Shown in pieces: positions 24,450-38,232 of a stretch of DNA of 59,007 bases. Position 1 is the stretch's first letter. Each line of letters begins with the position of its first letter. The notes beneath the pieces are model-generated. The model was not told the origin of the DNA. It was given only the letters and a program-made list of their open reading frames with translations, and did not search any database. A program made the position numbers and the translations under genes. Origin of the DNA: Tricharina praecox (taxonomy: Eukaryota); NCBI RefSeq assembly GCF_024521635.1, contig NW_026250439.1, forward strand, positions 186,001 through 245,007, written 5' to 3'.

Positions 24450-25130
24450 GATCGCCGTATGGCAAGATATTGGCGTTCAAACGTATGCGTTTTCGCACAG
24501 CTCTCATAACCTTACTACCTAGATCGATATGGCAACCAGATGGAATTTTCTACTCGTCGAAAGCCAATATTACCTGCTAGTTATGCGCAATCAGTGGATA
24601 TGAACATTAGATCAATTTCGGTATTTTATGTGACTATACTAGTGGTATTGAGGATGTGTATTGATTTGTAGACCACTACGGGGCTGGCTTGTATGCAGTG
24701 ATCCTGTGTGTCTCGCATTGAACTGCTATCTGGCATTCTGTCTATCTACTTCCATCACAACGCCAGCGACAACGCAGCTTTAGCCGCCTGCGCTGTGGCT
24801 ATATAACTGCCCCGGCAACAGTCAACTCCAGTACTATATCCACGTTAGCGACAGGGCGAATCTTAGACAGGACTACATAGTACTGCTCCACAGCAGCGAG
24901 GGGAGTATCCCCATGCCAGCGGGAGGATAATTCTTAGCGGAGCTGGTAATCTACTGCTCCACAGCAGCGAGAGGGCAATTCCTAGGTGAATCCAGTACTG
25001 TATGGATATTAAGCCAGCAATCTTCATCCCCACGTTTGTATTGTAAAATACAGCGCGCAACTTGCAAGGAGTTGTAGCTTTTTGTTGACATACCTACCGC
25101 ATCGAGCTCAGCTGTCAATGGTCATATCCG
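24450..25130 (+). mobile_element. Possible highly decayed hAT transposase relic
   Basis: GATATGGCAACCAGATGGAAT near 24526 encodes DMATRWN (hAT motif DxxTRWNS). Weak LQYY..ILD and IPTASS-like fragments lie downstream in the expected order. Many stops and no TIRs found. Confidence 0.3.
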
Positions 25131-26047
25131 GATCGAGCTCCCCAGCCTCACCTCCTGCCTACGCCCTACACCCTTCAAAGCTTTGACCCCACCAGTTTAC
25201 AACCACCCGCAATCCCACATGACGGAAACTCCCGCGTAGTTGCGTGGCTTCGGGGCTGCGAGGCTGCACAAGCTAGCACTCGTCGTTCTAGGCATCTTCG
25301 AACAAACTAATGCACACAATATCACTCGGATCGGTTTTTCCTCGGCTCAGCTCAGAAGGTTTGAATTCCGGGCTAGAGCCAGCTCAAGGCTGAAGCCCGG
25401 CGCGATTCACGCTGTCAATAGAATACAGTACACGCAGCTGACCGCAGCTGACCTGGCGGAATAGCGGAGTGCTGAAAGAAAGATATATAGCAATCGGTGG
25501 GGTTAACAGGTAAGTACTTGGTAGTGTGTTGTGACTTGCTCGAAGAGGAGAATCGTTCGCAACCATCCGAGTTGAGTTCCACAACGACTCGCGAGTGATA
25601 GTGACAGTAATCCGTCGCGACTTCCCTCCTATACCATCATCGCCATCACCATCACCATCACGTGCGCATCTCGCCTTCCGGATGGCCTAGCCGCGGAATC
25701 TCACCACCCAGTCCTCGCAAATCAAATCAGTCTCAGGTCCGTCTATCATAGATCCATCGATAAAACCCGCTGCAATCATGTTGTCCCGAAACATCAACTA
25801 CAATCTGTACAACCAGTACTGCGCTGCATTTCAAGACCCACAACCACAACCACAACCACTCCCCCCTACCCCCTCCCCCTCCCCCTCGCAAAAGAGCTAC
25901 AAGAAAATAAACGAATGAACCCGCAAAATATCGCAAGTGAAAACCAAGTCCAGTGCCACTACTACCATTGCGTATGCCGCCGCCGCCGCCACCTCGAAGG
26001 AACGAACGAAACACTCCCCATTTTCACGTCCTGCAGGCCCCGGCCCC

Positions 26048-27972
26048 CTAACCCAACAGATCCTCGAGTCCATTCCCGCCACTATTCGCTGGAGGTTTAT
26101 TGCCAGCGGCCGTGGATCCCGCCGCAGGTCCGGTTCCCCAGATGCCTGCGGTGGCCTTCTCCTTGGCCATAGTCTGGAGACTTGGCGTCTTTGCGGTTGG
26201 GGTGGCCGACTTCTTGATGCCCACGCTGGCCTGGTTCCAGATGCTTCCGAAAGCGTCGCCAGAGGCCTTCTTTGGCTGTGTCGTAGTGCTGGGGGAGAGA
26301 GGGGAGCCGGGGGTGTTGGCCGCGACTGGGACCGAGGTGAAGTAGTTCGGCGCTGCGGGTTGGAAGCCGGTGTTGGAGGGCTTCATCGCCGTCATGCCGC
26401 CCACCATCCCCATGTTGCCTATGCCGCTCCCCGTGGTGGAGGGCGTGATGGCGGGGGTGCCAAAGGCTGAGGGCGTCGTGGATATTGGCGGCGAGGTGAA
26501 GCCGGTCAGGGTTCTCATGTCAGAGCGGTCGTTGCTGGATACCGGCTTCGGATGGACGATGCTGAGGCTCGAGGCGGATGATGTCAGGGGAGGTGGCATC
26601 GGTGTGGAGAACGAGGGCATCGACGGAATTGCTGGCATCGACTGGGTTTTCGGGGGCGCTGCGGACTGGAAGTCGTCAAAGTCGTCAAAGTCTGCTGCGG
26701 CGGAAGAGGTAGCGGCTTGCAATGGTGGTGCCGCCGCCACTCGACCCGAAGGAGCAGGCGCGAAAGCATCGTCACTTCCGAGAAGATCGACCTCGGGAGC
26801 GGGCTGCTTCTTCTTTGGTGGTGGGGGAGATGGCTTCACGGCGGCCGCTTCTTGCCGTCTCGGTGGTGGTGGTGGCGCGGCGCGGCGCGAGGAAGTAGTG
26901 CCTCCATCGTCGTACTCGTCGTACTCATCAAACTTCTGCGCGCCCCTCGAATCCGACCTCGAGGTGGACCCCCCCTCATCCTGGAACCCACCCGTCGCCC
27001 TTCCGCTGAACCCACCGCCATCACCGTAGACACCCCCGCCGCCATTGTACCCGCCAAAGTCCGCCGACTCGCTGCCGAACCCGCCGAACCTGCTGCCGCT
27101 GTTGCGATTGCTGCTCATGCCACCCATGTTCGTGCTGAAACCTCCAGCACCTCCGCCCTCGACGCCGATGTACTTGCTTTTTGTCTGCCTCGCCTTCTTC
27201 CGTTCAGCGCGGATCTTGTCGACGTCCGAGAGTAGGTCCGCGAGCTCCTTCGCGCGGTTGCGGACGTTGACGCCCTGGTCCTTGCCGGCCTGATCGATGA
27301 AGTAGAATTGGCGCAGCATCTTGATGGTCGACAGGTGCGAGCGCGCATCGTCGATAACCTGCTCGGCGCCGTTCTTGATCAGGAATTCGAGGAGTTGCAG
27401 AGCCTGTTTGTTGCGCACTGTCAGCTCCACCTAAATCCGCACGGTCCTGCCTGCCTGCCACCACGAGCGAGACCAACCTTGTAGATCTGCCTCCACTCCT
27501 CGGCCGACTTCTCAGTGAACCGTTTGTAAATCATTGGCATAATCTCGTTGAGCAATTGGCTATCGATCGATCCGTGAGCACAATGCCCCCTTCACTGCCC
27601 CCCTACTCCACTCCCCCAAGCATCGATGCGAACTCACTAATTATACGTTCCACTCGCAATCTCGTTCATGAGTGTGGACGAAGCTCCCCAGGGCTCATTA
27701 TTTGTCGCTTCCCGGACCTGGAATGTGCATCAGCACCAGCACCCTTCCCCACCCGCATCGCGAAGACATACCTTCGCCTCCATTTCGGTGTAGTTCATCA
27801 CAACTGTTCACATTAGCCATCTCTCATTGCGCGAGACATCTCTCGTTTTCGCGTGCGAGGGAGCAAGGGAGGGGGATGAGCGAGGGGTGGACCCACCATT
27901 CTGCGCCTTCCGTACGGCAGCCTTGACTTCGTAGAGGGAGACATTATTGATCGCGTCGCGAATCACGTCCAT
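26048..27972 (-). CDS. ENT3: Epsin-related ENTH-domain clathrin adaptor (Ent3/EpsinR)
   Basis: Five exons: 27972-27897, 27803-27772, 27717-27638, 27559-27478, 27403-26048. Translation includes KAAVRKAQNVVMNYTEMEAKVREATNNEPWGASSTLM..EEWRQIYKALQLLEFLIKNG..GKDQGVNVRNRAKEL. The tail has GGFG, DLL and DFDDF motifs. Confidence 0.95.
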
Positions 27973-30900
27973 CGTGGGAATTTCGAGTGCGGGGTGGTGG
28001 AGGTGGAGGTGGAGGTGGAGGAGGTGGTGGTGGAGGTAGTTGTCGATGGCGAGCGTTGAAGTCGGGTGAGGTAAGGTGGAGTGGGGGGGGGGGGGTAGAG
28101 GTGTGAAACGTGCCAGGTGGTCGTGGCTGCTGCTGCTGGCTGCTGTGGCTCCGCCTATTTCGGCTCGCAAGCACCCTGCACTAGAGTAGAGTTCTACCTG
28201 CACCACCACCACCGCCAAAACCAACAGCAATGGAGGGAAGAAGGGGAAAATGTATCAGCGACGGAACTCCCACTGGGTTGCTATTGCACGAAAGCGATAG
28301 ATTACAAATCCACCGTCTTTGAACATGAAATTGTCGCGGCTGTGGTGATCTGCAGAAAAGTCACGGTTTACTCTACATACCTCATAGCTGGACGATTGCA
28401 GTTACAATTGCACTTACAGGATGTGCCCAGATATCTAAGGTGGGGGCTTCCGCCTTGTTTGTACTCACTCACTCACCTCACTTCGAGCGATCCCCGGCGA
28501 TTGGAGGGTGCGGATTTTATGCATGCATGCACGATGATGTAGCGTTTACCATCATTGTATGAGAGTCTACATGCAAGCTGAAGAATTGCAAATCGATTGG
28601 GAGAATCTTGGAATCGTACATACATTAGGTACATGCTTACAGATGAGACTCCTCCGGAGTCCGAAATGGGAGGAGACCGAGAGGCTCAACGGAATCGAGC
28701 CTCGGGGGTGGTGGACCGTGGAACTTGGAACATGTGAGACTGAGAGTGCTATTCAAACTCGGAGGTAGTGATTTGGAAGGGCAGTTGCTTTGTTACTTGG
28801 TTACTGCAGTCTCCAGCCTCCATTCACCAGTCAATGGGGGCTCGATGCACAGACTCATAAGCTCATGGAGTCGCACCGTTCCGTCTCCTTAGCAAGCGGA
28901 GACTCACGGCCCGGCACTCGAACATCCCCTCGCCTCGCCTCGCCACACAGCCCCCGCGCCGTCCCTCCCTGTCTCACCCTCCCCGTCCCTCCCGCCGGAG
29001 ACAGACTCGGAGATCAACGAGACCTCTTCATTCCCGACCGTCATCGTCGGGTTCATTTCTTGACTATACCCAGGTCAGGCTCATCAATCAACGTTAAAAA
29101 TCGCCATCAATCGACAATAATCGCCATCAAGATCGCCCACGTGCGCGCGAGGAAGTAAGTAAGCAAGCATGCAAGCAAGCAGGCTTCCGAATCTTCACTC
29201 CCCCCGGGATGTCCTCCGCGCCCAGCACCCCGCCTCGCTTCGCCGACATTTACAGCACTCAATCGCCCCACCACTTCCCATCACAACCATCAACCGCTCG
29301 TCATCGCATCCATCCTCCATCCATCCATCCCCCATCGAACGCACATGCTCGCTCGCTCTTTCTTTCGCGGAGTTGCCTCCTACTCTATCTACCACCTTTT
29401 TCCTTTGGTTTTTTCTTTCTTTTTTTTCTTCCGCATCTACCTTTTTTTCCCAGATGTTTCTGTTTCTGTCGCAACCAGTGGCGACATGCGGTGCCCGCGT
29501 TAGCTGGCTAGAGCGACTCTAGTGCGATGCGTGCAACTGGGCGCGCGCCGCGTTCGCTCCCTCGCTAGCGAGATTGAAGATTGGAGATTGGATTGGAGAT
29601 GGGGGCGCACGCTGTGCGGTTGTGTTGCTGTTGCCACACCGCCACGGATGTCTCGACTTCTCGATATCGTGAGGGGAGCAGGAGTCTTGAGGGATGGGGG
29701 GATCAAGGCGACGGGAGCGGGAGTCCCGAGGGGATGGGGAGGAGAGACCGACGGCCACTCTAGTTACCCTACTTTAGTAGGATACACCATGCACGCGACA
29801 CACAGCATCCCCGTCCGTCTCCATCCCCGTCTCCGTCCGTCTCCCCTTCCCCCCTTCAGGCCAGATCGTTCATGGCCGTGGCGGCCGTGTCCTTGTCCTT
29901 GTCCGTGGCCGTGGTCGTGGTCGTGCTCGTGGTCGTGCTCGTGGGTCGTGGCCGTGTCGCGCCAGCGCTAGCGCTGGGAGCGGCTAGCCGTTCCCCCCCG
30001 TCGCGCAACCTCATTCAGCGGATCTTGCAGGGTCCCCCAGCTCCCAGCACCACGATCGGGCGCAAGGGTAGGGGATGGGTTTGGGGGGTGATTCGCGTTT
30101 CCGATCCCCCCCTTCCACCCCAGCGAGGGAGGGAAGGAAAGAAGAAAGGAAAGAAAGCAAAGAAAGCAAAGAAAAAAAAAGAGCGACAGAGACAGAGACG
30201 GAGGTGTGGGTGATGTGCGATGTGTGATCCTTGCTGAATGACGCAAGCGGGTGGGTTGGGTCTGGCTGGGGGGAGCAGAATGGAGACAGCGAGAGAGAGG
30301 GAGAGAGAAAGAGAGAAGAGAGAGTTCCGTTCAATAACAGATGGAAGAGACTGATTGGCCGCCGGTGGGTGGCGAAAGCGATTCGTCCTCCGACGCCGAC
30401 AAAGAGATGGCTCCTCCGACAGCAGTCAGGTACAGCGGATACATGACTCGCTAGGTAGGTTTGTACCTGGGAGACGATGGAGGGAGGGACAGCAGGTACG
30501 AGACAGATATGATAGATAGGGACGCAACACATGTCCGCGGGCTCGTGGGGATCCTCATCATCATCAGCATCCATCAACAACGCATCCACTTACTCTACTG
30601 TAATCGAGTAGGTCGATACATCCTACCCATCCGTCCGTTGCATGGACCGGCGGTTTGCATACATATACACGATGCAGCGCGTTGCATACATGTGGCCATG
30701 GAAGAGAGGATGTCCCCGACATGACACGCATCGAATAGGAATGAGGGGAAGCCCGTGAAAATCTGCAGATGTATGGATGCGAGTGGCCGGCCAAGGATAC
30801 ATATTGTGAGTGTGAGTGAGCGGGTGTGCGTGTCTGAGTGTGTGTGTGGTGGCCGTGTCTGCGCATGTTGTTGCTCCGCAAGTGGGTATCTGGTATCACT

Positions 30901-32083
30901 CCTTCTGCGTGTGGTATGTGTGCTATCTATCGACGACTCTACACGACTATGAGGAAGGGATCGAGACGTCGCGTGTTTTGCGCGCAGTTGGCCGTTCGCA
31001 GCATCAGCAGCAGCAGCAGCAGCAGCGGTTAACGAAGCCATCTGTTCTTTCCGTCTCTGGCCGCTGGTGGAGGCGTCCGTGCATGGTGGTGATGCACCGG
31101 TGGTGGTGGCCGAGTCTACTTTATTTTATTTTATTTTTGTTTGTGTTGGATTTAGTGCCAGAGTCCAGACGGTGCGGTAAGTAGAGTAGAGCAGCGCAGA
31201 ACAGAGCAGATCAGAGCAGAGTAGGAGGTATCAGGTATCCATCGAGTCTACGGCGATGCGACATGGGGGCGAGAGCAGGATGCGCGGTGCGGCAAGCAAG
31301 GAATAGCGTCGCTCTGAATAAGTCCTCGCTGGTAGTGGCTACACAACACAGAACACACCCCCCTCCCTCCCCAAGAGACAGAGAGATTGTGAACACCTCC
31401 TCCGCCCTGCTTGCTTGCAAGTCACAAAGGACCAACTACTTCCTGCTGCCCAGCCAGAGTCCAGTCCCTAAACCCAGCAGAGATAACTAGACGGCCACAT
31501 CCACATCCGCATCACGTTAACCAACTGGACGGGTCCTTTCCCTCATACCCATCCTTTGCTTTCCCTCTCTCCCTCTCTCCCTCCCTCTCCTCTCCTCTTC
31601 ACCCTCACTCACCCCCACACACAACTCCCCTCCAAACAGAGTAGCATCCATTCAAGTCGATTGATCCCGATCCCAATTCCATTGTTCGTGGTCGTCCGCT
31701 TGCCTGCCTCTGCTGTAGCCTCGTCACGCATCCGCTTGCTCACCACCTACCCCTTTCGAAGGCTCTCACCGCCAATCATACCGCGTTCTTCTCCGAAATA
31801 CCCTCGTTAGCCACCTCACCCCAACCCCCCACTACCAGCACCGACAGGCAACGTCAGCTCGGAAGCGAGCGAGCCAGAAAAGAAAGCAAGAAAGCCCAAG
31901 TGACGTTGCGGGAGCAGATCACTACATAATCATCTTTTCCCGACGCGCGTTCTGAACTCCAACACAACACTCGCTGCAACCCACCTCGCCCGCGACTTCC
32001 AATTCTTGACAATCACCCCCCTATATCCTTTCCCAGCGCCTTCGTTTTCGAGACGCTGAAGGGTTTCCTGCTGCCACAACAGC

Positions 32084-35000
32084 ATGGACACCAGACAGGC
32101 TGCAAAGGCGGAGGAGCACCGCATGGCAAAGGATGCCCGCAATGCTGGAGTGCCCGCCTTTGAATTCCCCGCGAATGCGACTCCGGAACAGAAGGCTGCT
32201 ATGGCAAAGAGGGTATGTTGCCATTCCCCTTTTCTCTTCCTACTGCTCCTCCGACGCCTCGTTCTCCCCCTCTATACGATCGCCGGCTCCGGCGGAGAGT
32301 GAGGGGGTGGGGTGACGGTGATGTGACGCGTGCCGAAGCTTGAGGCTAATTTACCCCCTCCATAGGCTATCCCGGCCGGATTGGATCTCGAGAAAGCTAA
32401 AGCTACAGTGAAGGCGAGCACACCGCAGGAGGCCATTGTTTCAGATCTGGTGAGCTCCTTTTTCTTATAATATCTCCGCCGCCGATTCTCGACACTTGTG
32501 GTACCGTGATTTGAATCGGGAGATGAGCTGACCGGTGTGTGTTTGTGATGGGTAGGACGGTGCTGGTTCTGGTGCGACCGTGGCCATGCCCGCCGCTCAG
32601 AAGCCCGCTCAGAACGGAACCAACGGTGCTACCAACGGTGCTGCCGCTGCTGCCAACGGCGCGACGGAAAAGGAAAAGAGTCCCTACGTGAACGGTTACC
32701 CCAAGGCTGGAGACGGCGAGTGGGAGCGGACCGGATGGGAGCCCAGAATAGGCAGTCTCAACGACGCGCTCGGTCTCAACACACTGCCCGACGGCGCCGA
32801 TCATCAGACTTGGGTCGAGAGCAACCTGGACGACAAGTTCTTCGGAGGTGATTAAATTTCGAACGAAAGCCCGGTGGTGGTGTCCGTGTCGAACGACGAT
32901 GGCTGACTGTGAGAAACAGAATGGTGGCACAACGCCGGTATCATCGCTTTCGCGTGTTTGAGTACGTGGTTCATCACCAAGGTCGGTCTCGGCCTGGCCT
33001 GGGTCACCATCGTCGGAGCCATCTGCGCAACTTACTACCGAACGTCCATCCGCCGCGTGCGCCGAAACGTCCGCGACGATCTGAACCGTGAATTGATGAA
33101 GACCAAGTTGGATACCGACCTCGAGAGTCTCGAGTGGCTGAATTCGTTCGTCGTCAAGTTCTGGCCCATCTACCAGCCCGTCCTCGCCGCTACCGTCATC
33201 AACATGGTCGACGGCATCCTCGCCGGTGCGACTCCCGGTTTCCTCGACTCTCTGCGCATGACCACCTTCACCCTCGGAACCAAGCCCCCCAGGATCGACC
33301 ACGTCAAGACTTACCCCAAGACGGAGGACGACATCGTCGAGATGGACTGGGCCTTCAGCTTCACCCCCAACGACACCGACGATCTGACCAGTCGCCAGCT
33401 CAAGAAGAAGGTCAACCCCAAGGTTGTCCTCGAAGTTCGCGTCGGAAAGGGAATCATCTCGCAGGGTATCCCGATCGTTGTCGAAGATATGGCGTTTGCC
33501 GGAACTATGAAGGTCAAGATCAAGCTCCAGCTGCCTTTCCCCCACATCGAGAAGGTCGACATCTGCTTCATGGGCCCGCCCAAGTTTGACTATGCGCTCA
33601 AGCCCCTCGGAGGAGAGACCCTCGGATTCGACATCGGCTTCCTCCCCGGACTCAGCACATTCATCCAGGAGCAAGTCCACGGAAACCTCGGCCCCATGAT
33701 GTACAGCCCCAACGTCTTCACCCTCGAAATCGCCAAGATGCTCGGAGGTGCACCCATCGATACCGCCATTGGAGTCCTCGCAGTCACCATTCATAGGGCC
33801 AATGGACTCAAGAATTCCGACAAGTTCAGTGGCACTCCCGACCCCTACGCCGTCGTCACCATCAACCAACGTGCCGAGCTCGCGAGGACCAAGACTGTGC
33901 ACGAGAGCACCGAACCCAAGTGGAACGAGACCAAGTACATCATCCTATCGAACCTCAACGACTCTCTGGATCTTCAGTTCTTTGATTACAACGAAATCCG
34001 CAAGGACAAGGAGCTCGGTGTGGCCAGCTTCGCATTGGAACAGCTCAAGACGGACCCCGAACACGAGAACATCAACCTGCCAATCGTGTCCAACGGCAAA
34101 CCTCGCGGTAACATCATGTTTGACGTTCGTTTCTTCCCGGTTCTCGAAGGCCGCATCCTCGACGACGGAACCAAGGAACCCGTCCCGGAGAGCAACACCG
34201 GTATCGCTCGCTTCACCATCCATCAGTGCAAGGACCTCGACGCGAGCAAGAGTGTGATTGGACAGCTGTCGCCGTACGCACAGATGACCCTTAACAGCAA
34301 GCCGATATTCACCACCAAGATCAAGAAGCGCAACAACGACCCGCAGTTTGAGGAATCCCACGACATGCTCATCACCAACCGTCGTACTTGCAAGCTCGGT
34401 GTCATCGTCAAGGACGAGCGCGGTTTTGTCGACGATCCCGTTCTCGGAAAGTACCAGATCAAGCTCACGGACCTCTTGGAATCGAAGGAGAAGGGTACCG
34501 AATGGTTCAACCTCGTTGGCTCAAAGAGCGGCCGTGTCAAGATGACTTGTCAATGGAAACCTGTCACTATCAAGGGTATCGCTGGAACCGGTGGCTACAT
34601 CACCCCGATCGGTGTCATGCGTTTGCACTTCCAGAGCGCAAAGGATCTCCGAAACTTGGAGGCTCTCGGCAAATCCGACCCCTACGTCCGCGTCATGCTT
34701 GCCGGTGCCGAGAAAGCCAGAACCGTCACCTTCGAGAACGACCTCAACCCGGCTTGGGACGAAGTCCTGTACGTCCCGGTTCATTCCGCCAAGGAGAAGT
34801 TGACCCTCGAGGTTATGGATCAAGAATCTATGGGCAAGGATAAGTCCCTTGGTGCCATCGAGCTGAGTCTGGAGGAGTTCATCAAGCAGGACTCTCAGGA
34901 GCTCTACCAGGTCCACGCCGAGAAGAGGAACCGCTCCGAGGGATTGTATCTTGGAAAGAAGACCACTCCCAAGGGAACACTCAACTTCACCGCCTCCTTC

Positions 35001-36902
35001 TTCCCGTGTCTCAACGTTGCTGATCCCGAGGAGGAAGAAGAGGAGAAGAAACTTCTCGAAATTGAGAAGCAAGAGGCGGAAGAGGCGAAGAAAGCCCTCG
35101 GGGTCCCGGCTCCGGGCTCCTCTCCCAAGATTGCCGAGCCTGTTGCCGAAGCCGACATGGCGAAGACGCCGGTTAATGTTGCGTTTACGGATGCCGATGG
35201 TGACGAGACCGACAAGAAGGCTCCCAAGATCCGGTTGTCTCCCGAAGAGCTGCTCCGTCACGATTCCGGTCTCATCATCTTCAAGTTCATCGATGGCGCG
35301 CTCGCCCACAAGGATTGTTACCTCGAGGTCCTCATGGACGACATGCACTTCCCCAGTTTTTCCAGCACTAGGATTCGGTCGAAGAACGTCAAGTTCGATG
35401 AGATTGGTGATGCGATGGTCCGTGAACTCGAGTTCTCCAAGATCACTCTTCGTCTGCGCGAGCACGGTGACGATGGCGAGGATGCCGTCTTGGCCAAGCT
35501 TGGTGGAAGTACTCTCGAAACTCTCAAGATGTGCCTGAACAACCCGACCGTTCTTACTCTGAAGGACAAGGATGGACAGCCTAGCAAAGTCAAGATCAGC
35601 TTGAAGTACATCCCGGTCGTCATGAAACTGGACCCCAGCGAGAGCATCAGCAACATGGGCACCCTCCGCGTTGACATCCTCGATGCTGCGAATCTTCCTG
35701 CTGCCGACCGCAACGGCAAGAGCGACCCCTTCTGCGTGTTCGAACTCGACGGCAAAGAGATCCACAAGACCAAGGTGCAGAAGAAGACGCTCCACCCGGC
35801 TTGGAACGAGGTTTTCGAGACCCAGGTTGCTTCCCGTGCGGCGGCAAAGTTCGAGGTTGAGATATTTGATTGGGATATCGGTACCAAGGTGAGTGTTTAA
35901 TCGACTCGGGTTCAGAGCGAGTACTGATGATCGGCGCAGGCGGACTTTTTGGCCAAGACGAGCATTGACTTGACAGCGATAGAACCCTTTAAGCCGCAGA
36001 CCGTTGTCTACAAGCTCAAGGGCAAGAAGGGCGAGGAAGGTAAGTTTGGCGAGTTGCGTCTGAGGATGGTATTCAAGCCAGACTACGTCACCCGTACTCG
36101 CCAGGGATCATCGACGTTCCACGGTACCTTTGCGGCACCCGGAAAGCTCGTCACTGGTGTTGCCGGTGCTCCCCTCAAGGTCGGAGGCGCTGCCGTCGGT
36201 GGAATCTCCAAGGGCGCTTCGTTCCTCAAGAAGAACACCTTTGGTCGTGCTAAGTCAAACACCGTGTCGGAGGACGAGCCGGTGGTCATTGAGCCGGAGA
36301 TGCAGGCGATTTCTGAGAACCGTCCCATGTCGAGTGGAAGTGCCATCCGCATGGATGGCGCCGACGACCGTCTATTGACCCCCACTGGACGTGGCTCCTC
36401 TAGCCTAAGCCCTAACTCAGCAGCCAGGAGCACCTCCCCCCACGCCCGCTCGCGCAGCACCTCGAGTCAACACTCGGTCCCGGGCGTTATCGGCAGCGGC
36501 CCCGACTCGGGCACCGCCACTATCCGCCTCGTCGCCGCCTCCGGCTACCCCGCGGGCACCAATGTACAGGTCCGAATCCGCGCCGTCGACAAGAACAAGG
36601 ACCTCCTCAAGTCGAAGACCGTCAAGTCCTCAACCGGTGATGCCTCCTACGACGAGCAATTCAGTGTCCAGTGCTTTGCCGACACGCAGTTCAAGGTATT
36701 CGTCAAGGACAACCACCTGTTCAAGGACGAGGAACTGGGCGAGGGCTTGTTCGCTGTGGACGATACTGGTTCAGGAAACGACACCATCGTCAATGTCGGC
36801 GAGGGCCGCGTTACCTTGCGCACTAGCTTCAAGAGCGCGGAAAACGCAAGTACCGCTGACAGTCCTAAGGCGTCCAGGAGGAAGGGTTTGCTGAAGAAAT
36901 GA
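32084..36902 (+). CDS. TCB: Tricalbin (extended-synaptotagmin family ER-PM tether: membrane hairpin, SMP domain, multiple C2 domains)
   Basis: Approximate exons: 32084-32212, 32367-32449, 32556-32848, 32920-35888, 35940-36902. SMP motif ESLEWLNSFVVKFWPIY..FTLGTKPP. C2 motifs GTPDPY, GKSDPYV and ADRNGKSDPF. It cannot be assigned to yeast TCB1, 2 or 3 individually. Confidence 0.95.
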
Positions 36903-38232
36903 TACAGATGTAGGACTTGTTTGAACGAAAGAGACGGAAACGTTTGCGGCTCTGATGGAATAAGGCGCTGGCTGGGTTAGGAGTAAGTAGAGGTATTGCG
37001 CTCGCTTGGGGGACTATCGGAATATGGTCTCTCGCTTTTTGCGCGGGGTTTCTTCTTGCGTGGTTGGGCGTTTTTTTTTTCGCTTTCGCTTGCTTGTTGT
37101 TGGTACCCGTTTTTGTCTGGTCTGTGTATGTCTAACCTCCTTTGCATTTGGACGATGAAGCGATACTTCTTTACTACATCATGCTTCTCTTTCTTCTCAT
37201 CTTTTTTTTGCTGTGTGTTGTATGACATTTTATTCTCCATTTATTTTTTTGCTACAGTGTTTCGTTTTCAGCGGTTGAGGGATGGGGACGCGGGGACAAA
37301 TGCATGGGCCGGGCGTGTGGGGGCGTGTGGGGTGTGTGGGATGAACACGGGGGATGAACACGGGGGATGAACATGAGGAGTGGTAATGAAGGGAGTTACA
37401 AGCTACAAGCTACTCGTCGTGGACCGAGTGATCTGATGGTGTGATGGTGTGATAGTGTGATGGTGTGGATTGTCACCAAGTTGTGTTATCTACTGTGTAA
37501 TCATTTCGTTTCACGGTTTGTCCGATACAATGATATGTACAATGATGGTACTAATTTGTTTAAACATACTTTCCTCAGGTTTTTAGTAGCCAGGTGGGTG
37601 GTAAGGTGGTAACGATGCGAACATTAAAACTCACATGGCGGAATCGAGTGATCTGGGGGTAAGGTTGGAAGGATGGAAGGCTACGCGAACAACGGTATAC
37701 AACCAGGCTGCGTCGCAGCAATTGACGGATCCGCTCCCACGATCCCTCGCCCCCGCCACCACTGCCACTGTTTCAATCCGTGCTGCATTGCAGTGTGCAC
37801 GCGGATATACCTATCCTCCAGTGAATGTATCCAGCAGGAAGAGAGCTCGCCCCGTCTCGGGCTGAGCTCTACCCAGTATGTCGACAATGCTACACCACCT
37901 TGTTCCCCTTTACGCGAGGGTGAAGGTGGCCGAGTTGATATCCATCTAGTGCATACTGCGACATTAATCACCACTGCAGGCGTTCAATTGATGTGATACC
38001 CTGCAGCCCTTCGAAACCGCATTGGATCTCGTGCTATCATGCCTCACTCACCTCCCACCTGCCGTTACGGTACCCCCACGTCGCGACACGGGAATCCGCA
38101 GGGTAGAAAGTTGGGAGCGCTACTACCGGGTAGATCAACACCTGCCATACTACCCTGCTACTACGGGAATACGCTTTGGCGATGAGGGATGAGACGTGCT
38201 ATGCATGGCTGCTGAGAGCTGGTGGCCGATTT

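Noticed and set aside
26048..27430. ORF-track start MELTVRNKQ for the epsin
   Set aside because: It lies in the last intron; the true start is at 27972.
32403..35795. Long antisense ORFs (499 aa, 424 aa) opposite tricalbin
   Set aside because: Shadow ORFs caused by the strong codon bias of the real gene.
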